A stretch of 64,000 bases of DNA from assembly GCA_965214095.1 (NCBI GenBank), contig OZ243938.1, positions 4,288,001 to 4,352,000 of the forward strand, in the 5' to 3' direction. Shown here one piece after another: positions 29,461-37,842 of this stretch. The notes beneath the pieces were generated by a model. That model made no database searches, was not told where the DNA came from, and was given only the letters and a program-made list of their open reading frames with translations. Both the position numbers and the translations under genes were made by a program. The stretch is from Candidatus Poribacteria bacterium (lineage in GTDB: Bacteria; Poribacteria; WGA-4E; WGA-3G). Position 1 is the first letter of the stretch. Every line of letters begins with the position of its first letter.

Positions 29461-32400
29461 GTGAAACTTTATAGGTTTCTAATTGCAACATTACTATTTC
29501 TATGTGTTTTTCTTCAATATGTTGTTGCTGAAGATTCTTCTCAGTGGTCACTACCAGAAAATGCTGTAGCACGTATCGGTAAAGGACAGATAACTGATAT
29601 GGCATATTCACCGGATGGTAAATTGCTTGCTGTGGGAACTTCTATAGGCGCGTGGCTATATGACACACATACAGGGAAAGAACTGGCACTGTTTGCTGGA
29701 TACAAATTTTCCAGGATTGTAGAGTTTCGGGATAATTTGAACCGTATTATTTATTATAACACATCTATTGCGTTTTCGCCAGATGGTAAGACTTTGGCAA
29801 CCGCATGTTGGGATGATAACATCCGTTTTTGGGATGTGCAGACACATGAGATCAAAGCTACATTGGAAGTGCAAGGAGGCGTTAAGACAGTTTTATTCTC
29901 TCCAGATGGAAGGACATTTATTAGTGCAGGTAGTCTTATCCAACTTTGGGACGCGAATTCTCTACAGCATAAATTCACCTTTAAGGAAAATTACGAGTAC
30001 ATTACATCATTAGCAGTATCCCCGGATGGTACGACACTTGCCAGTGCAAGTGATGATGAAAGGATAGACCTATGGGATATGCAAAAGGGTGAACACCTCA
30101 CTAAGATACACGGACGAACAAGATCGGATAAGGTATTAGCGTTTTCACCAGATGGTACTATACTTGCATGTCGTGGTCCTAACGAAACGATACGCCTATG
30201 GAACACAAAAACAAGAAAACGACTAAAATTGCTCATCGGACATTATAGAACAGTCGTGTCAGTGGGGTTTTCCCCAGATGGTAAAACCCTTGCCAGTGGA
30301 AGTTGGGATAGGACAATAATGTTGTGGGATGTCCAAACAGGAAAACACAAAGCAACTCTTACTGGACATAAAGGTGAGGTAAATACCTTAGTATATTCAC
30401 CGGATGGGAAAACCTTGGCAACTGGAAGTTCTGATGGCACAATTCGTTTTTGGAATACACAAGCTAATCAACATAAGAACACCCTCATCCATTCACATTC
30501 TTGGTCACAAATGGCTCTCTCTTCGGATGGCAAGACATTTATAACTTCTGAGAGTAAAGATATATTGTTGTGGAATATTCATACACGTCAACTAAAGACG
30601 CGCCTCACAAGCGATCTACACTTCCGTTACTACATCCTTTCTTCACAAAGTGGATCAACAATCGCTAATGCTGGCTATGGAAATAGAGATAAAGAATTTC
30701 CGCAATTTCCATACGGAAATAAAGATAAGCAATTTCTATTATGGAATGTGCACACAGGGGAACGTAGAGAACCCTTCATAGAACAACATAAGGATGTTTT
30801 TTCAGATACAAGATCAAGGATGCTATCGCCAGATGGAACAATACTTGCTGTTGGTAAAGAGGACGGCACGGTGCAACTGTGGAACACCCATACGGGTGAA
30901 AACAAAGCAACGTTCACAAAACACAATAAATATATATCTGCTTTAGTATTCTCACCAGATGGTAAACTCCTTGCAACAGGTGATGAACAACAGACAATCC
31001 ATTTGTGGGATACCGTTTCTGCAGAACACATAATATCCTATACGACTGGTTTTGGCACAATTGGATCGTTAGCGTTCTCACCAGATAATAAAGTACTCGC
31101 GAGCGCAACCCAATTTGAAATCCGCTTATGGAATTTAGAAACAGGCGAATACACCGCAACTTACAAGCGACTTAGTACAACATCGTTAGCATTCTCTCCT
31201 GATGGGAAAATGCTTGCCAGCGGTTATCGGGATGCTAAAATACGATTGTGGGATACACGGACAGGACATCTCTATGATACATTAATTGGACATTTTGGTG
31301 GGATTACTTCGTTAGCATTCCTGCAACCAAATGACATGTCAAAAACAACGTATAGTAAAAAGGACATTGCCACACAAAACCAATATATTATAGCGAGTTT
31401 GAGTGAGGACAAAACCGTTTACTTATGGAAAGTAAAACCTGTCGTTGATACAAACACGGTTGTAAAACTCACCCCACATCTCGTGGAATCCCCTGCTGTT
31501 GGAGAACAGTTGACATTCAACATTGACATTAAAGGCGCGAAGAATATCACTGGTTTTCACACAACAATAGATTTTGATAACACTGTTCTTCGTTATGTCT
31601 CAAGTAAAAATGGAGACTACCTCACTGGTGAGATTTCTGCTGAAGTAACACATATCTATCCAAATCGCGTAAAACTTGTATCCACAGCTTCAAGTAAAAT
31701 TGGTCATGGTGATGTTACACTTGCAAGTGTAACATTTAAAGTTATTGATCAGAAAGCCTTGTACCTAAGCCTATCAAAAGTTCGACTTGAAAAATCTGAT
31801 GGCAGTTTAGCGCGTCCAACTGTTATAGGCAGCACCGTATACGATCCACAGCAGAATATGCAACCTATAGAAGATTACACACAATTTGCTTTGCCTGAGG
31901 GTGCTACCACGCGACTTGGTAAAGGTAGAGTAAATGCTATGGAGTTTTCACCTGACAATACGCAGCTTGTTGTTGCAACTTCTATTGGAATCTGGATTTA
32001 TGATGCGAATACGGGTGATGAAATTGCACTAATCAAAGAGAACGCGGCAAATGAGTCTGTCATCGCGTTCTCTCCTTATGGTGACCTGTTTGCAAGTAGT
32101 CAATTTCATGGGAACATAAATCTGTGGAATTCATATACATACCAACCCGTAGATACATTTGCAGATGAAGGAAGAGAGGGGAACGGGGATTTGATGTTTT
32201 TCTCAGATGGATGTACTCTTTCCAATGGAAAAAAAATATGGAATATCCACACTGGACAACTAATAGGCACTATCATAAGTGGTAATGTCGATACTATTTC
32301 CCAGTCTGATATGTCCCCAGATGGAAAAACAATTGCTACTACTACGAAAGAGAATAAGATACAGTTGTGGGATGCACACAATGGAAAAGAATTAGTTTTA

Positions 32401-34344
32401 CTTAATAAGGAAAGAAACGATTCTCGACAACATAAAATCCTATTTTCTCCAGATGGCACTAAACTTGCCGCAATTGGATCAGCACAGAACAGGCCGAATA
32501 GCACAATCTTGTTGTGGGACGCAGATACACACGAATTAATAAGTACTTATACAGAACGTGATAATGCCAAAGTATTTCTATCCATAGATTTTTCTCAAGA
32601 AGGAGACCTAATCACTGTTGTTAAAGACTGGCACAGAACGTTACGTCTTCGTAATTATGAGACGGGTGAAGAGTTGGCAGTTTTTGGAGAGCATGATGGA
32701 AGAGTCGATGTGGTTACATTTTCACCAGACAAAACTACACTTGCGAGTGTTGACAGTAATGGGGCAATTCGCTTGTGGGATATAGAATCAGGTGAACTCC
32801 TCATGAAACTCAAAGGTGGTGTGCATGTGCCTGCATCCGTAGCCTTGTCACCTGATGGATCCACCCTTGCTATGCCAAACAGTACCGGAGGACTTGATTT
32901 TTGGGATAGGTATAAAAACCGAATTGTCACTTTCCCACTAAAAACTGATGTGGATGAATTTTGGGAACCCAATACTTATGCTCATTCACCCAATTGGAGG
33001 ATTATTGCTGCAGGTGCATGGAGAACAATCCGTTTGTGGGATACGACAACCGAAAAGTATGTTGCTACACTCACAACAGATGATAATAGCTTTGAAATTG
33101 GAAATATTATATATTCACCTGATGGGAGAACACTCGCTGCAAATGAAATGCACGGCTATGAAATCATACTGTGGAACACACATACACAAGAACAGATAGC
33201 AACCTTGAAGGGACATACAGATAAGATACACGCTATAACCTTCTCACCAGATGGTGCATTACTTGCAAGTTGCAGTGGACAATGGGATGAAGACGATAAT
33301 ACAATACGACTCTGGGATACAAAGACAGGAAAGGAACGCTCCAAAATTACAAATATCGTAATAGAGAAATTAAGAAAAAGGTCTCGGGCAGTTACAGCCA
33401 TTGCGTTTTCCCCAGATGGAAAGACGATTGCAAGCACAGATGCAAGCTGCGATGTTAAATTGTGGGATGTAGACACAAAAAAACAGAAAGCCAAATTAGT
33501 GGCTTCGTCAGGACAGAGTAATAGTTATTATCAAGTAACACACGCTTTAGCCTTTTCACCAGATGGTACGATGTTGACAAGTACCGGACTCAGTACTGCC
33601 ATCAATGTATGGGACGTTGAGGCAGAAAAACTTCAGAGTATTCTGAAAGGACATACGGGTATTGTCACAAACCTTGAATATTCAGAAGACGGTACAACTC
33701 TTATGAGCCGAAGTAATGATGGCACCGCACTTTTTTGGGAAATGAGACAAACACCTGTGACACGACTGCAAATCACACCACGTTCTGTCCAATCTCCACC
33801 TGCTGGTAAACAACTTAACTTTGATATTTATATGGTTGATGGTCAGGATGTCTCAGGATATCAATTTATGTTAGAGTACGATGCAAAAGCACTCCGTGTT
33901 ATCCCTGACAACGAAAACACTAACATAAGAAACATTGACATATCACCTCCTGTTGTGAAAAAGAATACGATAGCGTTTACAGGTAGTGCATCGTCAGGGG
34001 CAACCATAAAAGATGGTCCAATCGCATCCATCACATTTGAAGTGATTGAGCGTGCAGATGTAACCTTGACAATAAAGGAGGCACACCTTACGCACAATGA
34101 TGGTGAACGTTCGCTACCAGCAATTGGTCGTGCATGGGTCTTTGAACCACAACGTATGCCAGAAGATGTTAACCTTGATTGGCAATTAGATGATGCAGAC
34201 CTTGAATTTGTATCAACGCGGCTCGGACAAAAAGGAAAGGACAATCCTGCTGATGTTAACAAAGATGGAATTGTGGATATAGCAGATCTTGTCTTAATCA
34301 GAAATGCATTATATGGACTGGAACCTGAATCTGAAACTGAATGA
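29461..34344 (+). CDS. Secreted protein: (WD40 repeats-cohesin) x2 plus C-terminal dockerin (paralog)
   Basis: Same architecture as 24456-29267, with a GTG start after GGAGG. Confidence 0.88.
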   Translation: MKLYRFLIATLLFLCVFLQYVVAEDSSQWSLPENAVARIGKGQITDMAYSPDGKLLAVGTSIGAWLYDTHTGKELALFAGYKFSRIVEFRDNLNRIIYYNTSIAFSPDGKTLATACWDDNIRFWDVQTHEIKATLEVQGGVKTVLFSPDGRTFISAGSLIQLWDANSLQHKFTFKENYEYITSLAVSPDGTTLASASDDERIDLWDMQKGEHLTKIHGRTRSDKVLAFSPDGTILACRGPNETIRLWNTKTRKRLKLLIGHYRTVVSVGFSPDGKTLASGSWDRTIMLWDVQTGKHKATLTGHKGEVNTLVYSPDGKTLATGSSDGTIRFWNTQANQHKNTLIHSHSWSQMALSSDGKTFITSESKDILLWNIHTRQLKTRLTSDLHFRYYILSSQSGSTIANAGYGNRDKEFPQFPYGNKDKQFLLWNVHTGERREPFIEQHKDVFSDTRSRMLSPDGTILAVGKEDGTVQLWNTHTGENKATFTKHNKYISALVFSPDGKLLATGDEQQTIHLWDTVSAEHIISYTTGFGTIGSLAFSPDNKVLASATQFEIRLWNLETGEYTATYKRLSTTSLAFSPDGKMLASGYRDAKIRLWDTRTGHLYDTLIGHFGGITSLAFLQPNDMSKTTYSKKDIATQNQYIIASLSEDKTVYLWKVKPVVDTNTVVKLTPHLVESPAVGEQLTFNIDIKGAKNITGFHTTIDFDNTVLRYVSSKNGDYLTGEISAEVTHIYPNRVKLVSTASSKIGHGDVTLASVTFKVIDQKALYLSLSKVRLEKSDGSLARPTVIGSTVYDPQQNMQPIEDYTQFALPEGATTRLGKGRVNAMEFSPDNTQLVVATSIGIWIYDANTGDEIALIKENAANESVIAFSPYGDLFASSQFHGNINLWNSYTYQPVDTFADEGREGNGDLMFFSDGCTLSNGKKIWNIHTGQLIGTIISGNVDTISQSDMSPDGKTIATTTKENKIQLWDAHNGKELVLLNKERNDSRQHKILFSPDGTKLAAIGSAQNRPNSTILLWDADTHELISTYTERDNAKVFLSIDFSQEGDLITVVKDWHRTLRLRNYETGEELAVFGEHDGRVDVVTFSPDKTTLASVDSNGAIRLWDIESGELLMKLKGGVHVPASVALSPDGSTLAMPNSTGGLDFWDRYKNRIVTFPLKTDVDEFWEPNTYAHSPNWRIIAAGAWRTIRLWDTTTEKYVATLTTDDNSFEIGNIIYSPDGRTLAANEMHGYEIILWNTHTQEQIATLKGHTDKIHAITFSPDGALLASCSGQWDEDDNTIRLWDTKTGKERSKITNIVIEKLRKRSRAVTAIAFSPDGKTIASTDASCDVKLWDVDTKKQKAKLVASSGQSNSYYQVTHALAFSPDGTMLTSTGLSTAINVWDVEAEKLQSILKGHTGIVTNLEYSEDGTTLMSRSNDGTALFWEMRQTPVTRLQITPRSVQSPPAGKQLNFDIYMVDGQDVSGYQFMLEYDAKALRVIPDNENTNIRNIDISPPVVKKNTIAFTGSASSGATIKDGPIASITFEVIERADVTLTIKEAHLTHNDGERSLPAIGRAWVFEPQRMPEDVNLDWQLDDADLEFVSTRLGQKGKDNPADVNKDGIVDIADLVLIRNALYGLEPESETE

Positions 34345-34390
34345 TATTTAATTCCATTTCAAATTGCCTGGTTTTCATTAACTATATACT

Positions 34391-34426
34391 CGTTTGTAGT
34401 CGCGTAATTCATTACGCATCTTACAT
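34391..34426 (+). repeat. GTAG-type REP, class 2
   Basis: CGTTTGTAGTCGCGTAATTCATTACGCATCTTACAT, with the hairpin GCGTAAT-TC-ATTACGC. Confidence 0.7.
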
Positions 34427-34480
34427 AATTCGCTTCAACACTGGCAACTCAGACTATTCAAAATCTACTATCTAAAATTT

Positions 34481-34617
34481 TATAGTGAAATCAAAAAATA
34501 TATGCACATTCCCGGTAGATGCGGTTTACCAACCGCATCTATGTAAGTGAACAAACACCGGTTTGGTTAGGAAACCGAACCTACCGTAGTGTGTAAATAA
34601 TTATGGTTTTTATTATA
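34481..34617. mobile_element. TA-ended MITE-like element enclosing an inverted pair of GTAG REPs
   Basis: Ends are TATAGTGAAATCAAAAAATATATGCACA and TGTGTAAATAATTATGGTTTTTATTATA. REPs lie at 34513-34539 (+) and 34558-34586 (-). Confidence 0.7.
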
Positions 34618-34693
34618 TTATTGGAGAATCGTGAAATTTGAGTAAGTCTTAATCTATCAAAAGAAAACCCACTTTAACGAATGTAAATATTTC

Positions 34694-34722
34694 TTGACGT
34701 ATAATGTAAAATATGTTATGCT
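34694..34722 (+). promoter_or_regulatory. Putative sigma70 promoter
   Basis: TTGACG-17 nt-TATGCT with a TG extended -10, about 30 nt before the ATG at 34755. Confidence 0.55.
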
Positions 34723-34754
34723 AATATTACGAAATTAAATCTACGGAGAAGGCA

Positions 34755-35585
34755 ATGTCTGAAGAAAAAAACAATGAAATAGTTCCTGTAACCGCTGAAT
34801 ATGAAGTCGTTGACCAAGTTGACGATCAAGCAATCGTTGAACTGATGACTGGACAGACGATACAAGATTACGTTTACTCTTTCAAAGTTGGAGGACGGCT
34901 TATTGAAGGATTGACGTTAGCAGGTATCAACGAAGCAGCGAACCGAAGAGGCGGCATACAGGTAGAAGATATGGAATATGAAGAACGTGAGAATTCTTGG
35001 ATTGCCACTGTCAAGGCAGTAGATACAATCACAGGTAATTCACGATGGGGTGCGTATGAGCAGTCGAAAACGAACGGAAATCGTCCCGACCCTTATGCAT
35101 TCACAAAAGCAATACATAAAGCACAACGAAACGCAATCAAACAGTTACTTCCTGTCCCAGTTATTCGTGATGTGTTGAATTTCTACCTGAAACGTCAAGT
35201 AGATGGTGGCAACCCTAAACAGCAACAACAGATTCCACAATCTGGTGATAACATTACAAATGCACAAAAGGCAGCATTCGCTATTGCAAGCCAATTATCA
35301 GAACCACTTCAAGGAAAGGATATTAGTAAGGGAGACCTCTGGAATTACATAAAACGAAAATACAGTGTAGAATCCCGAAACGACATGTCTGAACAACAGT
35401 GGACACAACTTTCCGCCGAACTCAAAGCCGCTGAAACTAATCCCAAATTGTTTGAGGAACTTTGTACCCGTATTAAGCAATTAACCGCTGCTGATCAGGA
35501 AAGCGAAGTGCCTACAGCCGAGGAATCAGAAACTGAATACACCACCGATGCAGAATCTAAAGATTCAAAACAACCACCATTTTAG
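34755..35585 (+). CDS. Hypothetical protein, possible Rad52/Sak-like single-strand annealing protein
   Basis: A helix (LTLAGINEAANR), then a beta-hairpin (WIATVKAVDTITG..RWG), then the helix YAFTKAIHKAQRNAIKQLL, which recalls the Rad52 'A.K.A...A.KRA' helix. The tail is acidic and ends in PPF. Confidence 0.5.
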   Translation: MSEEKNNEIVPVTAEYEVVDQVDDQAIVELMTGQTIQDYVYSFKVGGRLIEGLTLAGINEAANRRGGIQVEDMEYEERENSWIATVKAVDTITGNSRWGAYEQSKTNGNRPDPYAFTKAIHKAQRNAIKQLLPVPVIRDVLNFYLKRQVDGGNPKQQQQIPQSGDNITNAQKAAFAIASQLSEPLQGKDISKGDLWNYIKRKYSVESRNDMSEQQWTQLSAELKAAETNPKLFEELCTRIKQLTAADQESEVPTAEESETEYTTDAESKDSKQPPF

Positions 35586-35597
35586 AAAACATATAGA

Positions 35598-35630
35598 GTT
35601 GTTACCGCACACATGCATGGCGGTAACTAC
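35598..35630 (-). repeat. GTAG-led hairpin (possible further REP class or terminator)
   Basis: The minus strand reads GTA-GTTACCGC-12 nt-GCGGTAAC, a hairpin beginning within GTAG. Confidence 0.45.
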
Positions 35631-35653
35631 GTTATCAAAAAAAGGAGTTCATC

Positions 35654-36448
35654 ATGAAGAAAGTCTTTGTAGTTTTCACGGTGTTTTATATACTCCTCAG
35701 TATTGCACCGCATATTCAAGCCAATCCAACTAATGGGTTAGTCCTACATCTAAGTTTTGATGAAAACACTATTCAAGGTGATACCGTAAAAGATCAATCT
35801 GAAGAAGGTAATGATGGAACGATAAATGGTAACGCTGAAACTGCTGAGGGTAAGTTCGGTGATGCATTATTGTTTGATGGTACGGATGACTTTGTTGAAG
35901 TGCCACTGGCAGCTTCCATCACCTTTGCCACTGGGGATTCATTGACAGTTCAGGTGTGGGTCAAAACGGACGATCAACCTGCACAAAACGATGGAATCGT
36001 TGGCAACTATCGTCCTGCCACTGATGCAGTATGGTTACTTTCTGTCAGTGGTGACAACGCAGCAGCACGGGGCAAGATGGGATTTTCTGTTCGTGATAAG
36101 GGACGTGCTAATAGCGCGGGGATAACTTCTCCAGATTTCTTGAACGACAACACATGGCATGTCCTCGCTGGTGTCAGAGACCAGGATGCAAAAAAGATCA
36201 GATTCTATGTAGATGGAAAATTGATTGAGGAAAAGGATGACAACACACTGGACATCAACAGTGGACAGTCAATTTGGATCGGCGAACATCTCAATCGGTT
36301 TTACAAAGGATTGATTGATGAGGTGAAGGTATGGAATCGCCCTTTGACTGAAAAGGAACTTGCCATCTCCCAACAACAACCGTCATCTGTCAAGGCAATA
36401 GGAAAACTGACGACCCTATGGGGAAGGCTCAAGTCAAAACGTCAATAA
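35654..36448 (+). CDS. Secreted LamG/concanavalin-like lectin domain protein with a conserved C-terminal tail
   Basis: Signal peptide, LVLHLSFDE, GKFGDALLFDG, WHVLAGV and GLIDEVKVWNRPL. The tail reads VKAIGKLTTLWGRLK. Confidence 0.9.
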   Translation: MKKVFVVFTVFYILLSIAPHIQANPTNGLVLHLSFDENTIQGDTVKDQSEEGNDGTINGNAETAEGKFGDALLFDGTDDFVEVPLAASITFATGDSLTVQVWVKTDDQPAQNDGIVGNYRPATDAVWLLSVSGDNAAARGKMGFSVRDKGRANSAGITSPDFLNDNTWHVLAGVRDQDAKKIRFYVDGKLIEEKDDNTLDINSGQSIWIGEHLNRFYKGLIDEVKVWNRPLTEKELAISQQQPSSVKAIGKLTTLWGRLKSKRQ

Positions 36449-36505
36449 GTATCTGTAACGTATGTTCGCTATTCCTAAAAGATAACATTCCCTTAAGACA
36501 GAGAC

Positions 36506-36586
36506 CGTTCGTAGTCGCGCAATTCATTCTGCCTCTTACATTTATAGTGAAATAAAAGTGTGTAAATGATTATGGTTTTCACTATA
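36506..36586. repeat. Class-2 GTAG REP followed by an internally deleted 44-bp MITE
   Basis: GTAGTCGCGCAATTCATT at 36511, then TATAGTGAAA..GTGTGTAAATGATTATGGTTTTCACTATA (36543-36586), matching both ends of 34481-34617. Confidence 0.7.
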
Positions 36587-36588
36587 AA

Positions 36589-37674
36589 CTATATTTCTGG
36601 CACTTTCACTCCGACCTCTTTCTTACTTTCATGTGATCGGAAGATACCATCCATTATCACGTTGGTCAGTAGCACACCTTCTGGAGGAAGCGGTGACACA
36701 CCATTAGACTTGACTGCTTCACGGAACGCTGTCATCTGTGCTTCCCATACATCTACCTTCGGAAATCCTTTGATATTGATTGTCGTCATTCCCTCTGGCG
36801 GGTCTGCAATTGCAGTTAAACCTTCTGATTGAACGAGTTTTTGCAGTTCCTGGCTATAGGAATCAGCATATACAACAGGACCGTCCAAAGAGATACCCGC
36901 ATCTTTGCCGAGACAGAACATTCCACCGAGTGAGTTCTGATGAACTGCCCACGATATCTTAAACAGCATGATGCCACCATTTTCAAACCGAATCCACGCC
37001 GCACCGAACTCCTCAACGTCCATTTTATCTTTGAATCTCGGATCCTGCATTGAGATATAATCTTCGGTAATAGCAGATACACGAACAGGTTTCGGATACC
37101 CCATCGCATAAAGTGAGTTGTGTAGGTTATAGATACCAATGTCTACAATTGCACCTGCACCTGCTGTCTTTTTATAGATAAATGTCCGTCCTGGAGTTCC
37201 TCTCCGTCTACATCTTGCTGATTCGGAATAGTATATATCTCCGAGGAACCCTTCATCTATTACCTTCTTCGCAAATTGCAGTTGTGGCGTAAAGGCACTT
37301 TTAACACCAATCTGAAGTATTTTTCCTGATGCTTTCGCTGCGCGTACCATTGCCGTTGCATCCGCAAGTGTTGCTGCCATCGGTTTCTCACAGAAAACAT
37401 GCTTTCCAGCATTCAAAGCTGCGACGGTGGGTCTGCGATGTGCTTGGTTATATGTGCAGACACTCACCGTGTCAATCTCATCCATCTCAAGCATCTTATT
37501 GTAGCTTGTGAATACATGCTTTTTAGGTACACCCCATTTTTCCGCAGCCTCATGTGCTTTTTCACCGAGAATGTCGCACACTGCGACAATCTCAAATCCA
37601 CCTACTGCTGTGTATGCACGGTGATGTGCACGCGAAATACCACCTGTGCCAACGATACCCACACGGATTGCCAT
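36589..37674 (-). CDS. Gfo/Idh/MocA family oxidoreductase
   Basis: VGIVGTGGI, GKHVFCEKPMA and GAIVDIGIY motifs. Confidence 0.92.
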   Translation of the reverse strand: MAIRVGIVGTGGISRAHHRAYTAVGGFEIVAVCDILGEKAHEAAEKWGVPKKHVFTSYNKMLEMDEIDTVSVCTYNQAHRRPTVAALNAGKHVFCEKPMAATLADATAMVRAAKASGKILQIGVKSAFTPQLQFAKKVIDEGFLGDIYYSESARCRRRGTPGRTFIYKKTAGAGAIVDIGIYNLHNSLYAMGYPKPVRVSAITEDYISMQDPRFKDKMDVEEFGAAWIRFENGGIMLFKISWAVHQNSLGGMFCLGKDAGISLDGPVVYADSYSQELQKLVQSEGLTAIADPPEGMTTINIKGFPKVDVWEAQMTAFREAVKSNGVSPLPPEGVLLTNVIMDGIFRSHESKKEVGVKVPEI

Positions 37675-37842
37675 AGAATAGTCTCCTTCTAATGATTTCT
37701 ATATTCCTTCCATGTTACGAATAAGAGTTTATTTTGATATAGCCAGCATAAGTTTTGCATTATGCAATGTGAAAAGTATCACAAAGGCGTTTGCATTTGA
37801 TAGACATTTTCAGATGATGGGGATTAACTTAGGTTACAATAA

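Noticed and set aside
34755-35585. Prophage around the annealase-like gene
   Set aside because: No integrase, terminase, structural or replication genes are nearby.
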